Positions 1 to 7,256 of a stretch of 38,310 nucleotides of DNA are shown one piece after another. The position numbers and the translations under genes are program-made. Position 1 is the first letter of the stretch. Each line of letters begins with the position of its first letter. Origin of the DNA: a phage. A model generated the notes under the pieces. It was given only the letters and a program-made list of their open reading frames with translations. It made no database searches and was not told the DNA's origin. The stretch is taken from the sequence record PX946180.1; one strand, written 5' to 3'.

Positions 1-857
1 GGGCATATTCGCAAGCAGGAGATTCCAGAGGTTCGACTCAAATCCTGATTAGTGATTGCCACACCGGCGATAACACTAAGATTGATATTTACGTGTACAA
101 CGAAATCGGAAGCCTGTCTGAGATACTGATATCCAACCCTATGGTGCGAAGAACCACGCAACCAGATGGTGCCGTAATAGCCCTTCAGGGGACTCGCGTA
201 AGCTGTAATGGTGGCAGCATTGTTAAGTCTGGCGACAGACTAACAGTACCGTGCTTCTCTCTGTTTAATACAGATAGTGCAGCTGTGCGTGGGGTTACAG
301 TTGGTAATGTGGGGCAATTCCTGAGTCAGTCAGGGGCTAACAACTCCCTTGTTGCTAACTGTACTGTGAACTGTAGCATTGTAGGAATAGGAGGGGAAGG
401 CACTACCTATGTAGGTAATAAATTCATTCATGGTGGTGCAGGCACAACAGATGTTGCAATTGATGCCTCGACATCTATTAACTATATTCTTTCCAATACC
501 TTCTCTGGTTTCTATCGTAATATATCTTGGAACTCACAAGCCATGAGTATTGTAGGTAATGTGAGTACAGGAACAACTGATGTATCATTGCGTATGTTTG
601 GGGATGGTATTCAGTTGCTAACCCATTCAGGTAATAAATGGGATGCGGCGAGTAACCCCGCCATCGTTGCTACAGTTAAACGTGAAGGATCCACTACCGC
701 TAAAGCTACCGCTTATGCTAGCGCAGCCCCTACTACCCTAACGTGGTCTATTGGTGACAGGGTAATCAATAATACCCCCGCTGTAGGTAGCCCGAAAGGT
801 TGGGTGTGCATCGCTTCCGGAACTCCTGGAACGTGGGTTAGCGAAGGTAATTTGTAA
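1..857 (+). CDS. tail fiber/tailspike, 3' part (continuation of the ORF starting at 36692 across the contig overlap); beta-helix depolymerase-like C-terminal region
   Basis: Same reading frame as 36692..38310 once the 127-bp terminal overlap is collapsed; Gly/Asn/Thr/Ser-rich repeats typical of right-handed beta-helix tailspikes; stop codon ends at 857. Confidence 0.85.
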   Translation, partial: AYSQAGDSRGSTQILISDCHTGDNTKIDIYVYNEIGSLSEILISNPMVRRTTQPDGAVIALQGTRVSCNGGSIVKSGDRLTVPCFSLFNTDSAAVRGVTVGNVGQFLSQSGANNSLVANCTVNCSIVGIGGEGTTYVGNKFIHGGAGTTDVAIDASTSINYILSNTFSGFYRNISWNSQAMSIVGNVSTGTTDVSLRMFGDGIQLLTHSGNKWDAASNPAIVATVKREGSTTAKATAYASAAPTTLTWSIGDRVINNTPAVGSPKGWVCIASGTPGTWVSEGNL

Positions 858-953
858 AATAAGGCTCCTTTGGAGGTAGAGGCTAACTACACGCTGACCA
901 ACGCATGGTAACAACTTTGGGTCACGGACGACCCGCTTTAAACTGGAGGTTTT

Positions 954-1148
954 ATGATTGAGTTAGACTTCAAGAATGAGGTCCTTAAAGCCTCTCCTAT
1001 CGTCGGGACCGCTGCGGCTGATGGTGCCAGTCGGTTCTTCTTCGGACTTACACTGAACGAATGGTTCTACGTTGCAGCTATCGCGTACACCGTTGTCCAG
1101 ATTGGTGTGTTAGTCTACAAAACGATTAAAGGAGGTGGTAAAACATGA
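954..1148 (+). CDS. class II holin (T7 gp17.5-like)
   Basis: 64 aa, one hydrophobic segment, recalled similarity to T7 gp17.5 (IVGT..FFGL.LNEWFYVAAIAYTVVQIG); lies between tail fiber and small terminase as in T7. Confidence 0.85.
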   Translation: MIELDFKNEVLKASPIVGTAAADGASRFFFGLTLNEWFYVAAIAYTVVQIGVLVYKTIKGGGKT

Positions 1149-1408
1149 CGCAGATGGACTTAGAGAAGTTCCTCTTAATGCTAGATACTGAACGTGCTCG
1201 ACTCATGCTGCAAGACCTGCGGGATGACTCTAAGCGTTCACCTCAGCTTTACAACGCCATTGAGAAGCTACTGGCTCGTCACAACTTCGTGCTAAGCAAG
1301 GTGTCTGTTGACGAGAAGACGCTAGCTGATATGGAGGCCCTGAACGCAGAGTACGATAAGGTGCTCTCCGCTACGGAAGATAATGACACTGGATATGGAG
1401 TGCAGTAA
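1145..1408 (+). CDS. terminase small subunit (T7 gp18-like)
   Basis: 87 aa; RSPQLYNAIEKLL motif matches recalled T7 gp18; ATG overlaps holin stop; AGGAGG RBS upstream. Confidence 0.85.
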   Translation: MTQMDLEKFLLMLDTERARLMLQDLRDDSKRSPQLYNAIEKLLARHNFVLSKVSVDEKTLADMEALNAEYDKVLSATEDNDTGYGVQ

Positions 1409-1422
1409 ATCTCTTAAGTGTT

Positions 1423-1460
1423 AGACTCAAGGTCATCGTCAGGTGGCCTTTATGATTAAC
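1423..1460 (+). promoter_or_regulatory. R1.1-like RNase III processing element (R18.5 position)
   Basis: Motif AGACTCAAGGTCAT..GTGGCCTTTATGATTA, one of four copies (also 6468, 9884, 17126); GTGGCCTTTATGATT core matches my recollection of the T7 R1.1 site. Confidence 0.5.
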
Positions 1461-1509
1461 ACTACGCGAGGTGCGATCTCGTGAAATCTGAGAAACAAGG
1501 AGGGCAACT

Positions 1510-1947
1510 ATGCTCAAACTTTTACGACAGGCCGTCCCTTGGCTGGTGGCAGGACTCCTGTTCTGCTCAGGTTACTGGGTGGCAGACAATAAGTGGGAGG
1601 CAAAGGTAAACGATGAATACATCACGAAACTTAAGGCACGAGAGAATCAACGGGCTGCTGTCCAAGGTGAAATCGACAAAGTGTCAGCAGAGTGGCAAGA
1701 CAAGATGTCCGCGCTGGAAGGCTCTACTGATAGGATTATTGCTGACCTTCAGTCTGACAATAAGCGGCTGCGCATCCGAGTCAACACCTCAGGTCTCACC
1801 GAGTCGGATATCAGTCGATGCTTCCCTAATGGTAGAGTCGAACTACACCCAGAAACTTCTAAAAGTCTTATCCGAATAACTCAGGAGGCAGACCTTAAGG
1901 AGAAGGCTCTTCAGGACACAATAAGGAGGCTTCAAGGTGTTAAGTGA
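1510..1947 (+). CDS. i-spanin Rz (T7 gp18.5-like)
   Basis: 145 aa; N-terminal TM segment followed by a charged coiled-coil region; position after small terminase. Confidence 0.8.
   Translation: MLKLLRQAVPWLVAGLLFCSGYWVADNKWEAKVNDEYITKLKARENQRAAVQGEIDKVSAEWQDKMSALEGSTDRIIADLQSDNKRLRIRVNTSGLTESDISRCFPNGRVELHPETSKSLIRITQEADLKEKALQDTIRRLQGVK
1613..1879 (+). CDS. o-spanin Rz1 embedded in the +1 frame of Rz (true start uncertain, probably internal)
   Basis: Embedded ORF with lipobox-like LTISGC followed by Pro/Ser-rich tail, typical of Rz1 lipoproteins; the first ~35 residues of the tracked ORF are probably not translated. Confidence 0.55.
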   Translation: MNTSRNLRHERINGLLSKVKSTKCQQSGKTRCPRWKALLIGLLLTFSLTISGCASESTPQVSPSRISVDASLMVESNYTQKLLKVLSE

Positions 1948-2374
1948 TTACTACAAAGTGGACCAGGCGAGTCCATCCGGTCTGGTCTCCGTTAGGACTG
2001 GAAAGCCTGTGGGGACGTTAAGTCGGATGGGATATTGGATAGTACAGACACGAAGTCTAGGCAGTAAGCGGGCACATCGCGTGATATGGGAACTAACCAA
2101 TGGTCCTATACCACATGGTATGCAAATAGACCACATCGACAGGAATCCCAGCAATAATACCTTAAGTAACTTACGGCTCGTTACTGCCGCTGAGAACACT
2201 TGGAATACTGGTAGCCATTATGACTCTAAGACAGGAGTGAAGTGCGTTACCCGTCACCAGAATGGTTATAGGATTCAGGTTAAACGCGGTAATGTCTATA
2301 TGCGAACAACACGTCCTACTTTAGAGGAGGCTATCTCTGTCCGGGACCTAATGCTGGAGGGACTCTATGTCTAA
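1937..2374 (+). CDS. HNH homing endonuclease (HNH_3 motif plus AP2-like DNA-binding region)
   Basis: 145 aa; motif [37 protein letters not shown]; overlaps Rz stop and large terminase start; T7 has no gene here. Confidence 0.85.
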   Translation: MLSDYYKVDQASPSGLVSVRTGKPVGTLSRMGYWIVQTRSLGSKRAHRVIWELTNGPIPHGMQIDHIDRNPSNNTLSNLRLVTAAENTWNTGSHYDSKTGVKCVTRHQNGYRIQVKRGNVYMRTTRPTLEEAISVRDLMLEGLYV

Positions 2375-4133
2375 GAAAACACCTGTTGAAAGACAGGCAG
2401 AAATGACCCAAAGGATGAGGGACGATTTCGTGTTCTTCATCTTCGTTCTCTGGAAAGCTCTTAGCCTTCCGGTTCCAACCCGCTGCCAGATAGATATGTG
2501 TAAGAAGCTGGCTGCTGGGGATAATCGCCGCTTCATCCTTCAGGCGTTCCGTGGTATTGGCAAGTCGTTTCTGACCTGTGGTTTCGTGGTCTGGAAACTA
2601 TGGAACAACCCAGACTTGAAGTTCATGATTGTGTCGGCCTCAAAGGAACGAGCCGATGCGAACTCCATCTTCATCAAGAGAATCATCGACCTCATGCCTC
2701 AGCTTCAGGAACTCAAACCTAAGCAGGGACAGCGAGATGCGGTTATCAGCTTCGACGTTGGGCCAGCCAAGCCAGACCACTCACCTTCTGTTAAGTCCGT
2801 TGGTATCACTGGTCAGTTGACTGGTAGTCGTGCTGACATACTGATTGCAGATGACGTGGAGGTTCCTAATAACTCTGCGACTCAGGCTGCACGAGACCGT
2901 CTGTCAGAGCTTGTGAAAGAGTTCGACGCTATCCTGAAGCCGGGAGGTACAATCATCTATCTGGGTACGCCTCAGAACGAGATGACCCTGTATCGTGAGC
3001 TGGAGGGTCGCGGCTATACGACGACTATCTGGCCTGCACGTTACCCTCGAGATAAGAAGGACTGGCAGTCTTACGGCGACCGTCTGGCTCCTATGCTTCA
3101 GGCAGAGCTGGAAGAGGACCCTGAATCCTTCTACTGGCGTCCGACCGATGAGGTACGATTCGATGATACGGACCTGAAGGAACGTGAGCTGTCCTATGGT
3201 AAGGCTGGCTTCGCGCTACAGTTCATGCTTAACCCGAACCTGAGTGATGCTGAGAAGTACCCTCTGAAGCTCCGTGACCTTATCGTAGCCGACTTGGACC
3301 CAGCGTCCAGCCCAATGGTCTACCAATGGTTGCCAAACCCTCAGAACAAGCGTGAGGACGTTCCTAACGTTGGACTCATGGGTGACTCATACCACACGTA
3401 TCAGACTGTAGGTTCTGCCTTCAGTTCGTACACCCAGAAGATTCTGGTCATTGACCCTAGTGGTCGTGGTAAGGATGAAACTGGTTATGCGGTACTGTAT
3501 CAGCTAAACGGCTACATCTTCGCTATGGAAGTTGGTGGTATGCGTGGTGGTTATGAAGACTCTACGCTGGAAGCCTTGGCTAAGATTGGTCGTAAGTGGA
3601 AGGTCAACGAATACGTCATTGAGGGTAACTTCGGTGATGGTATGTACCTTGAGCTATTCAAGCCTGTAGCGGCACGTATCCATCCTGCTGCTGTAACTGA
3701 AGTGAAGAGTAAGGGTCAGAAAGAACTCCGCATCTGTGACGTTCTGGAGCCTATCATGGGGTCTCACCGACTTATCGTTAACGCTTCTGCTATCGTCCAA
3801 GACTACCAGACAGCCTCTGATAAGGACGGCGTTCGTAACCCTATCTACTCTCTCTTCTACCAGATGACACGTATCTCTCGTGAACGTGGAGCCTTGGCAC
3901 ATGATGACCGACTTGATGCTCTGGCTATAGGTGTACAGTTCTTCGTTGAGTCTATGGCTAAGGATGCCAACAAAGGCGAACGTGAAGTCACTGAGGAGTG
4001 GCTGGAGGAACAGATGGAGAACCCACGGAAAGGCTTCGAGTCCATCCACACTGAGTTCTGGGACAATGGTGTCCGGGTAACTCACGATACGGGCGATGAG
4101 CTTGGGCTAGGGTCATACGTTACGTTCCACTAG
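2367..4133 (+). CDS. terminase large subunit (T7 gp19-like)
   Basis: 588 aa, collinear with recalled T7 gp19 (586 aa); Walker A-like GIGKS and nuclease region present. Confidence 0.95.
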   Translation: MSKKTPVERQAEMTQRMRDDFVFFIFVLWKALSLPVPTRCQIDMCKKLAAGDNRRFILQAFRGIGKSFLTCGFVVWKLWNNPDLKFMIVSASKERADANSIFIKRIIDLMPQLQELKPKQGQRDAVISFDVGPAKPDHSPSVKSVGITGQLTGSRADILIADDVEVPNNSATQAARDRLSELVKEFDAILKPGGTIIYLGTPQNEMTLYRELEGRGYTTTIWPARYPRDKKDWQSYGDRLAPMLQAELEEDPESFYWRPTDEVRFDDTDLKERELSYGKAGFALQFMLNPNLSDAEKYPLKLRDLIVADLDPASSPMVYQWLPNPQNKREDVPNVGLMGDSYHTYQTVGSAFSSYTQKILVIDPSGRGKDETGYAVLYQLNGYIFAMEVGGMRGGYEDSTLEALAKIGRKWKVNEYVIEGNFGDGMYLELFKPVAARIHPAAVTEVKSKGQKELRICDVLEPIMGSHRLIVNASAIVQDYQTASDKDGVRNPIYSLFYQMTRISRERGALAHDDRLDALAIGVQFFVESMAKDANKGEREVTEEWLEEQMENPRKGFESIHTEFWDNGVRVTHDTGDELGLGSYVTFH

Positions 4134-4227
4134 CTGAATGAATAACTATAGGTGAAAGCTGCATGAATACGCAGTTAGTAACCTATAGTTACTACCAGTC
4201 TAACCTACTGTTTTACAAGGAGTTTGG

Positions 4228-4250
4228 ACTTAACTATCACTATAGGGAAG
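4228..4250 (+). promoter_or_regulatory. phage RNAP promoter (phiOR-like), +1 G at 4245
   Basis: TTAACTATCACTATAGGGAAG matches the window consensus; sits between terminase and the genome-end region as T7 phiOR does. Confidence 0.7.
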
Positions 4251-4430
4251 ACCCCCGGTTACTTATAGTATTACTGTAGTGAATATACATATGCAGACTT
4301 TATGCAAGACCTTAGGAGGCAGACTCCGAGTTCTTACCTAAGGCTTGCACCGATGGAAGGAGGGTGATATTAATCATAATCCCTCCAATACAGATAGTCA
4401 CCGACCATAGATACAGGAGGTATGTAGCAT

Positions 4431-4589
4431 ATGGCAAAGACCAAAGCTGTACTCAAAGCTCTGGCGACCAATCGAGCTACATACAGGTTTCTTGCTGCTG
4501 TTCTACTTGCTTCTGGCGTTACTGCTGGAAGTCAGTGGGTCGGGTGGGTCGAGACTCTCGTATGTTCTCTGGTGTCTCAGTGTAATTAA
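4431..4589 (+). CDS. small hypothetical membrane protein (gene 19.5 position)
   Basis: 52-aa ORF with AGGAGG 10 nt upstream and a hydrophobic core; below the 60-aa tracker threshold; preferred over the overlapping tracker ORF 4364..4585. Confidence 0.4.
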   Translation: MAKTKAVLKALATNRATYRFLAAVLLASGVTAGSQWVGWVETLVCSLVSQCN

Positions 4590-4865
4590 TGCAATCATGG
4601 TAACGATTCATGAAAGGAGGTAATATGATTGGTTATGGCGAAGGATGAAGAGCTAAGGTCAGTACGTGGATAAAGACTCACTCTACTGACCTTAGCTACT
4701 GTAGTCAAGGACTTTAGGTAACACCCTTCAGGCTCTCACTTCTGGTCTACCTACTGATTGGTTCACTGGTCGTCATCCGATGGCATTAGACCTACGGTCC
4801 TTGACCTACAGTAGCTGGCTCCTAAGGAGGGACGATGAGTTTTGGACCAAAAGTTTGAGACCACA

Positions 4866-5090
4866 TCTCACAGTTCAAGAACCTCAAGTCTCCCCATAGG
4901 CCCTCTTTCAGTCCAGACCAAAGGCCCTACCCCTAGACCTTCGGTCTAAACTTCAGGTCATTGACTCAAGGTCTACCCTAAGTCATGACGATAGGTCAGG
5001 GCTATGGCTGGTGGTCAGGACGATAGGTAGGGACTATGGGTCTTCTTTGAGTCTCTATCTGTATCAGACCTTGAGTCACTACCTACAGTC
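4866..5090 (+). repeat. candidate terminal-repeat (DTR) region of the linear genome, collapsed to one copy in this assembly; right boundary approximate
   Basis: Starts with TCTCACAG as the T7 left end does, followed by T7-like elements CCCCATAGG, ACCTTCGGT, CCCTAAG and GTCTCTATCTGTATCAG; comparison is from memory of the T7 terminal repeat. Confidence 0.35.
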
Positions 5091-5165
5091 TAACTACCTA
5101 CAGTATAACTACCTACAGTCATCAACCATCGGTAATGCCGCTACCTACAGTCAGAGACCTACAGT
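5077..5165 (+). repeat. short tandem repeat array (A)CTACCTACAGT(C), five copies
   Basis: Direct copies at about 5077, 5091, 5105, 5140 and 5155; analogous to the CCTAAAG-type repeat arrays just inside T7 genome ends. Confidence 0.7.
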
Positions 5166-5269
5166 TAATAGACACAAAGGATATAGACTTAAGGTCTAAG
5201 ACATGTTAGTCAAAGACTATAGCCTCTTACACCATGGGGTCGACGATAGCTTAATCGATATTATTTCAA

Positions 5270-5450
5270 ATTACCTATTGACTATAGGTCTAGACTATGG
5301 CTTAATAGCTTCCGTCAACACGACACGGCAACAACCGGATAGTGAAGACGCCGGGTCATCCCGGTTAAGTAGACAGCCTGATAAGTCGTACGAACAACAG
5401 GCAGATGACAGAAAGTAGTTGACAAGCAGTGACGATACGATGTAAGCTGT
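5270..5450 (+). promoter_or_regulatory. early host-RNAP promoter region (candidate sigma70 promoters, A1-A3 equivalents)
   Basis: TTGACT at 5278-5283 with possible -10 CTTAAT after 17 nt; TTGACA at 5419-5424 followed by TACGATGTA.CCACAT resembling T7 A3; region 5350-5400 resembles recalled T7 sequence CCGGATAAGTAGACAGCCTGATAAGTCG; exact -10 elements are ambiguous. Confidence 0.45.
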
Positions 5451-5636
5451 ACCACATCGAAACAACGGTGAAGACCAACACTGAAACGGTCTACCTGAAG
5501 TCTTCTGACTGAAGGGAATGCTCTTTAACAATCTGGATAACTCTTAATGTGCGCCGATAGCGACTAACTACAGGGTCTTTGAGTCTACACCTGAAGGCCC
5601 TGACTGATAGTCACTAACAACTGAGAGGATATAACT

Positions 5637-6143
5637 ATGGAACGTAACGCTAACGCATACTATGACCTGCTGGCTGCAACCGTTAAAGCATTTAACGAAC
5701 GTATTCGGTCCGACGAAATAGCTGAAGGTGATGACTACCACGATGCGCTGCATGAAGTCGTAGACGGTCAGGTTCCGCTCTATTACCACGAGATTTTTAC
5801 GGTGATGGCTGCTGATGGCATAGACCACGAGTTCGAAGACTCTGGGCTGATGCCTGAGACCAAGGACGTAACGCGCATACTGCAAGCTCGCATCTATGAG
5901 GCACTGTATAACGACGTGTCTAATAGCTCGGATGTGGTCTGGTTTGAGGCTGAAGAGAGCGACGAAGGGGATAAGTATTGGGTAGTTGACGCTAAAACGG
6001 GACTATTCGTTGAGCAAGCTGTACCTCTTGAGGTCGCTATTGCATCTGCCAAAGACCTCTATGCGGTAGGTCATCACATGAAAGTCGAAGACATTAACGA
6101 TAACGTAGTGTTCGACCCTGCGGCTGAAGAGGACTGCGAGTGA
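5637..6143 (+). CDS. ocr: Ocr-like anti-restriction DNA mimic (gene 0.3) with extra ~65-aa C-terminal extension
   Basis: 168 aa; VPLYYHEIFTVMAADGIDHEFEDSGLMPETKDVTRILQARIYE closely matches recalled T7 Ocr core; first gene after the early promoter region. Confidence 0.85.
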   Translation: MERNANAYYDLLAATVKAFNERIRSDEIAEGDDYHDALHEVVDGQVPLYYHEIFTVMAADGIDHEFEDSGLMPETKDVTRILQARIYEALYNDVSNSSDVVWFEAEESDEGDKYWVVDAKTGLFVEQAVPLEVAIASAKDLYAVGHHMKVEDINDNVVFDPAAEEDCE

Positions 6144-6301
6144 TGGTAACTTATGGTCTCTGCCAGCATCACGTCACCAACGCCCGGCTTATGGTCAAGA
6201 CCGGGCAATTAAACCACGATGCGACTATGCGTCACCTGAAAGTGGTCTACGAGGGCCGCAAGTGCATACACGACAGTGAGGACAAGCCAAATGATAACTG
6301 A
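6143..6301 (+). CDS. hypothetical early protein (52 aa)
   Basis: ATG overlaps the Ocr stop (TGATGG); uninterrupted 52-codon ORF; no recognised homolog. Confidence 0.4.
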   Translation: MVTYGLCQHHVTNARLMVKTGQLNHDATMRHLKVVYEGRKCIHDSEDKPNDN

Positions 6302-6464
6302 AGGTTCAATCATAGAGTATCGTTGTGAACAAGGTTATAACCTGAAAGGTAAGGTGTCTCAGGTCTATACTTCAGTAACAGGTAAGCGCTGCGTGGAGCT
6401 GACAAGTGGTGTGCGGATAGGTCTACATGAATGTAGGCTGCTGAATAAGCCAAGAACTGAGTGA
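6291..6464 (+). CDS. hypothetical early protein (57 aa; tracker ORF 6276..6464 trimmed to internal ATG)
   Basis: ORF in tracker list; GAGG about 10 nt upstream of ATG 6291; overlaps previous ORF. Confidence 0.4.
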   Translation: MITEGSIIEYRCEQGYNLKGKVSQVYTSVTGKRCVELTSGVRIGLHECRLLNKPRTE

Positions 6465-6467
6465 TAG

Positions 6468-6506
6468 ACGAGAGGTCATCGACTGATAGGTGGCCTCAAA
6501 GATTAC
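6468..6506 (+). promoter_or_regulatory. R1.1-like RNase III element (R0.5 position)
   Basis: GAGGTCATCGACTGATAGGTGGCCTCAAAGATTA, a diverged copy of the motif at 1423/9884/17126. Confidence 0.4.
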
Positions 6507-6530
6507 CACTTACATTGATAGGAGTTAACT

Positions 6531-6698
6531 ATGAAATTTACAGTCATCGCGCTTTACGTCACCATCATTCTGTCTTGGCTGACTGCGGTCATAGCCGATG
6601 GGAATGCACTACGCCTTGGTTGGCTGGCAGTTGATATCATATTCTCTCCGGCAGGGGTAGTGAGGGGCATCTTGATGTGGTTTGGATTGGCGGGATAA
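6531..6698 (+). CDS. small hydrophobic early protein (55 aa)
   Basis: GGAG RBS 7 nt upstream; sequence MKFTVIALYVTIILSWLTAVIA.. is predicted membrane-spanning. Confidence 0.5.
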   Translation: MKFTVIALYVTIILSWLTAVIADGNALRLGWLAVDIIFSPAGVVRGILMWFGLAG

Positions 6699-6701
6699 AC
6701 T

Positions 6702-6899
6702 ATGAGTCTTGCACTATTGATAGCCATAGGCTATGGACTTATCGCCTACGTGCTGGTGAGAGACATCAACAAAGCGCGTAAAGTCTACAACTTCAATTAT
6801 GTACGCCTGGGCCGCTGGACTGTGCGTCAACCTAACGGGCGTTTCATGCGCAACCTCGCGAACGTCTGGGATATAGCAACTCTTGGGAGCAAACTGTAA
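6702..6899 (+). CDS. small hydrophobic early protein (65 aa)
   Basis: Tracker ORF; N-terminal TM segment MSLALLIAIGYGLIAYVLV; tightly packed with neighbours. Confidence 0.5.
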   Translation: MSLALLIAIGYGLIAYVLVRDINKARKVYNFNYVRLGRWTVRQPNGRFMRNLANVWDIATLGSKL

Positions 6900-7159
6900 T
6901 GAAAACCGTATACACACACAAACCATCAAGCCGCAGCCGCATGGAACAAGCGCAGCGTGATATGTTCTTACAACGCCGCATGAGAGCTGAGGGCCATAAG
7001 TCCGAACTGATGTGTCTGGCGTATGGTGGACGACCAATCACTGACGATGGTAAACTTCTGGTCTCAGGCTGGAAGGCGATAGACCAACGGTCAACCATCA
7101 AGCACACGACCGAAGGAGACTTCAGCCATCTACACGCTAACCCTCTGATATGCAAGTAA
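6899..7159 (+). CDS. hypothetical early protein (86 aa)
   Basis: Tracker ORF; start overlaps previous stop; occupies the position where T7 has gene 0.7 but shows no kinase similarity. Confidence 0.5.
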   Translation: MKTVYTHKPSSRSRMEQAQRDMFLQRRMRAEGHKSELMCLAYGGRPITDDGKLLVSGWKAIDQRSTIKHTTEGDFSHLHANPLICK

Positions 7160-7164
7160 TTATG

Positions 7165-7187
7165 ACTTAACTATCACTATAGGACTC
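7165..7187 (+). promoter_or_regulatory. phage RNAP promoter directly upstream of the RNAP gene, +1 G at 7182
   Basis: TTAACTATCACTATAGGACTC; followed by GACTCAAGGTC motif. Confidence 0.65.
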
Positions 7188-7256
7188 AAGGTCTAAGACT
7201 CAAAGTGAAAGACCAAAGAGACTTTAAGTGAAAGACTAATAACAAGGACTTTAAGT

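Noticed and set aside
4364-4585. 73-aa tracker ORF in the terminase-distal non-coding region
   Set aside because: GTG start directly abutting a GGAGG with no spacer, Cys/Trp-rich low-complexity product; the overlapping 52-aa ORF at 4431-4589 with a proper RBS is more plausible
5077-5165. Short direct repeats considered as a CRISPR array
   Set aside because: Repeat unit is only ~11 bp with 2-20 bp between copies and no spacer-like unique segments; matches the end-proximal repeat arrays of T7-like genomes
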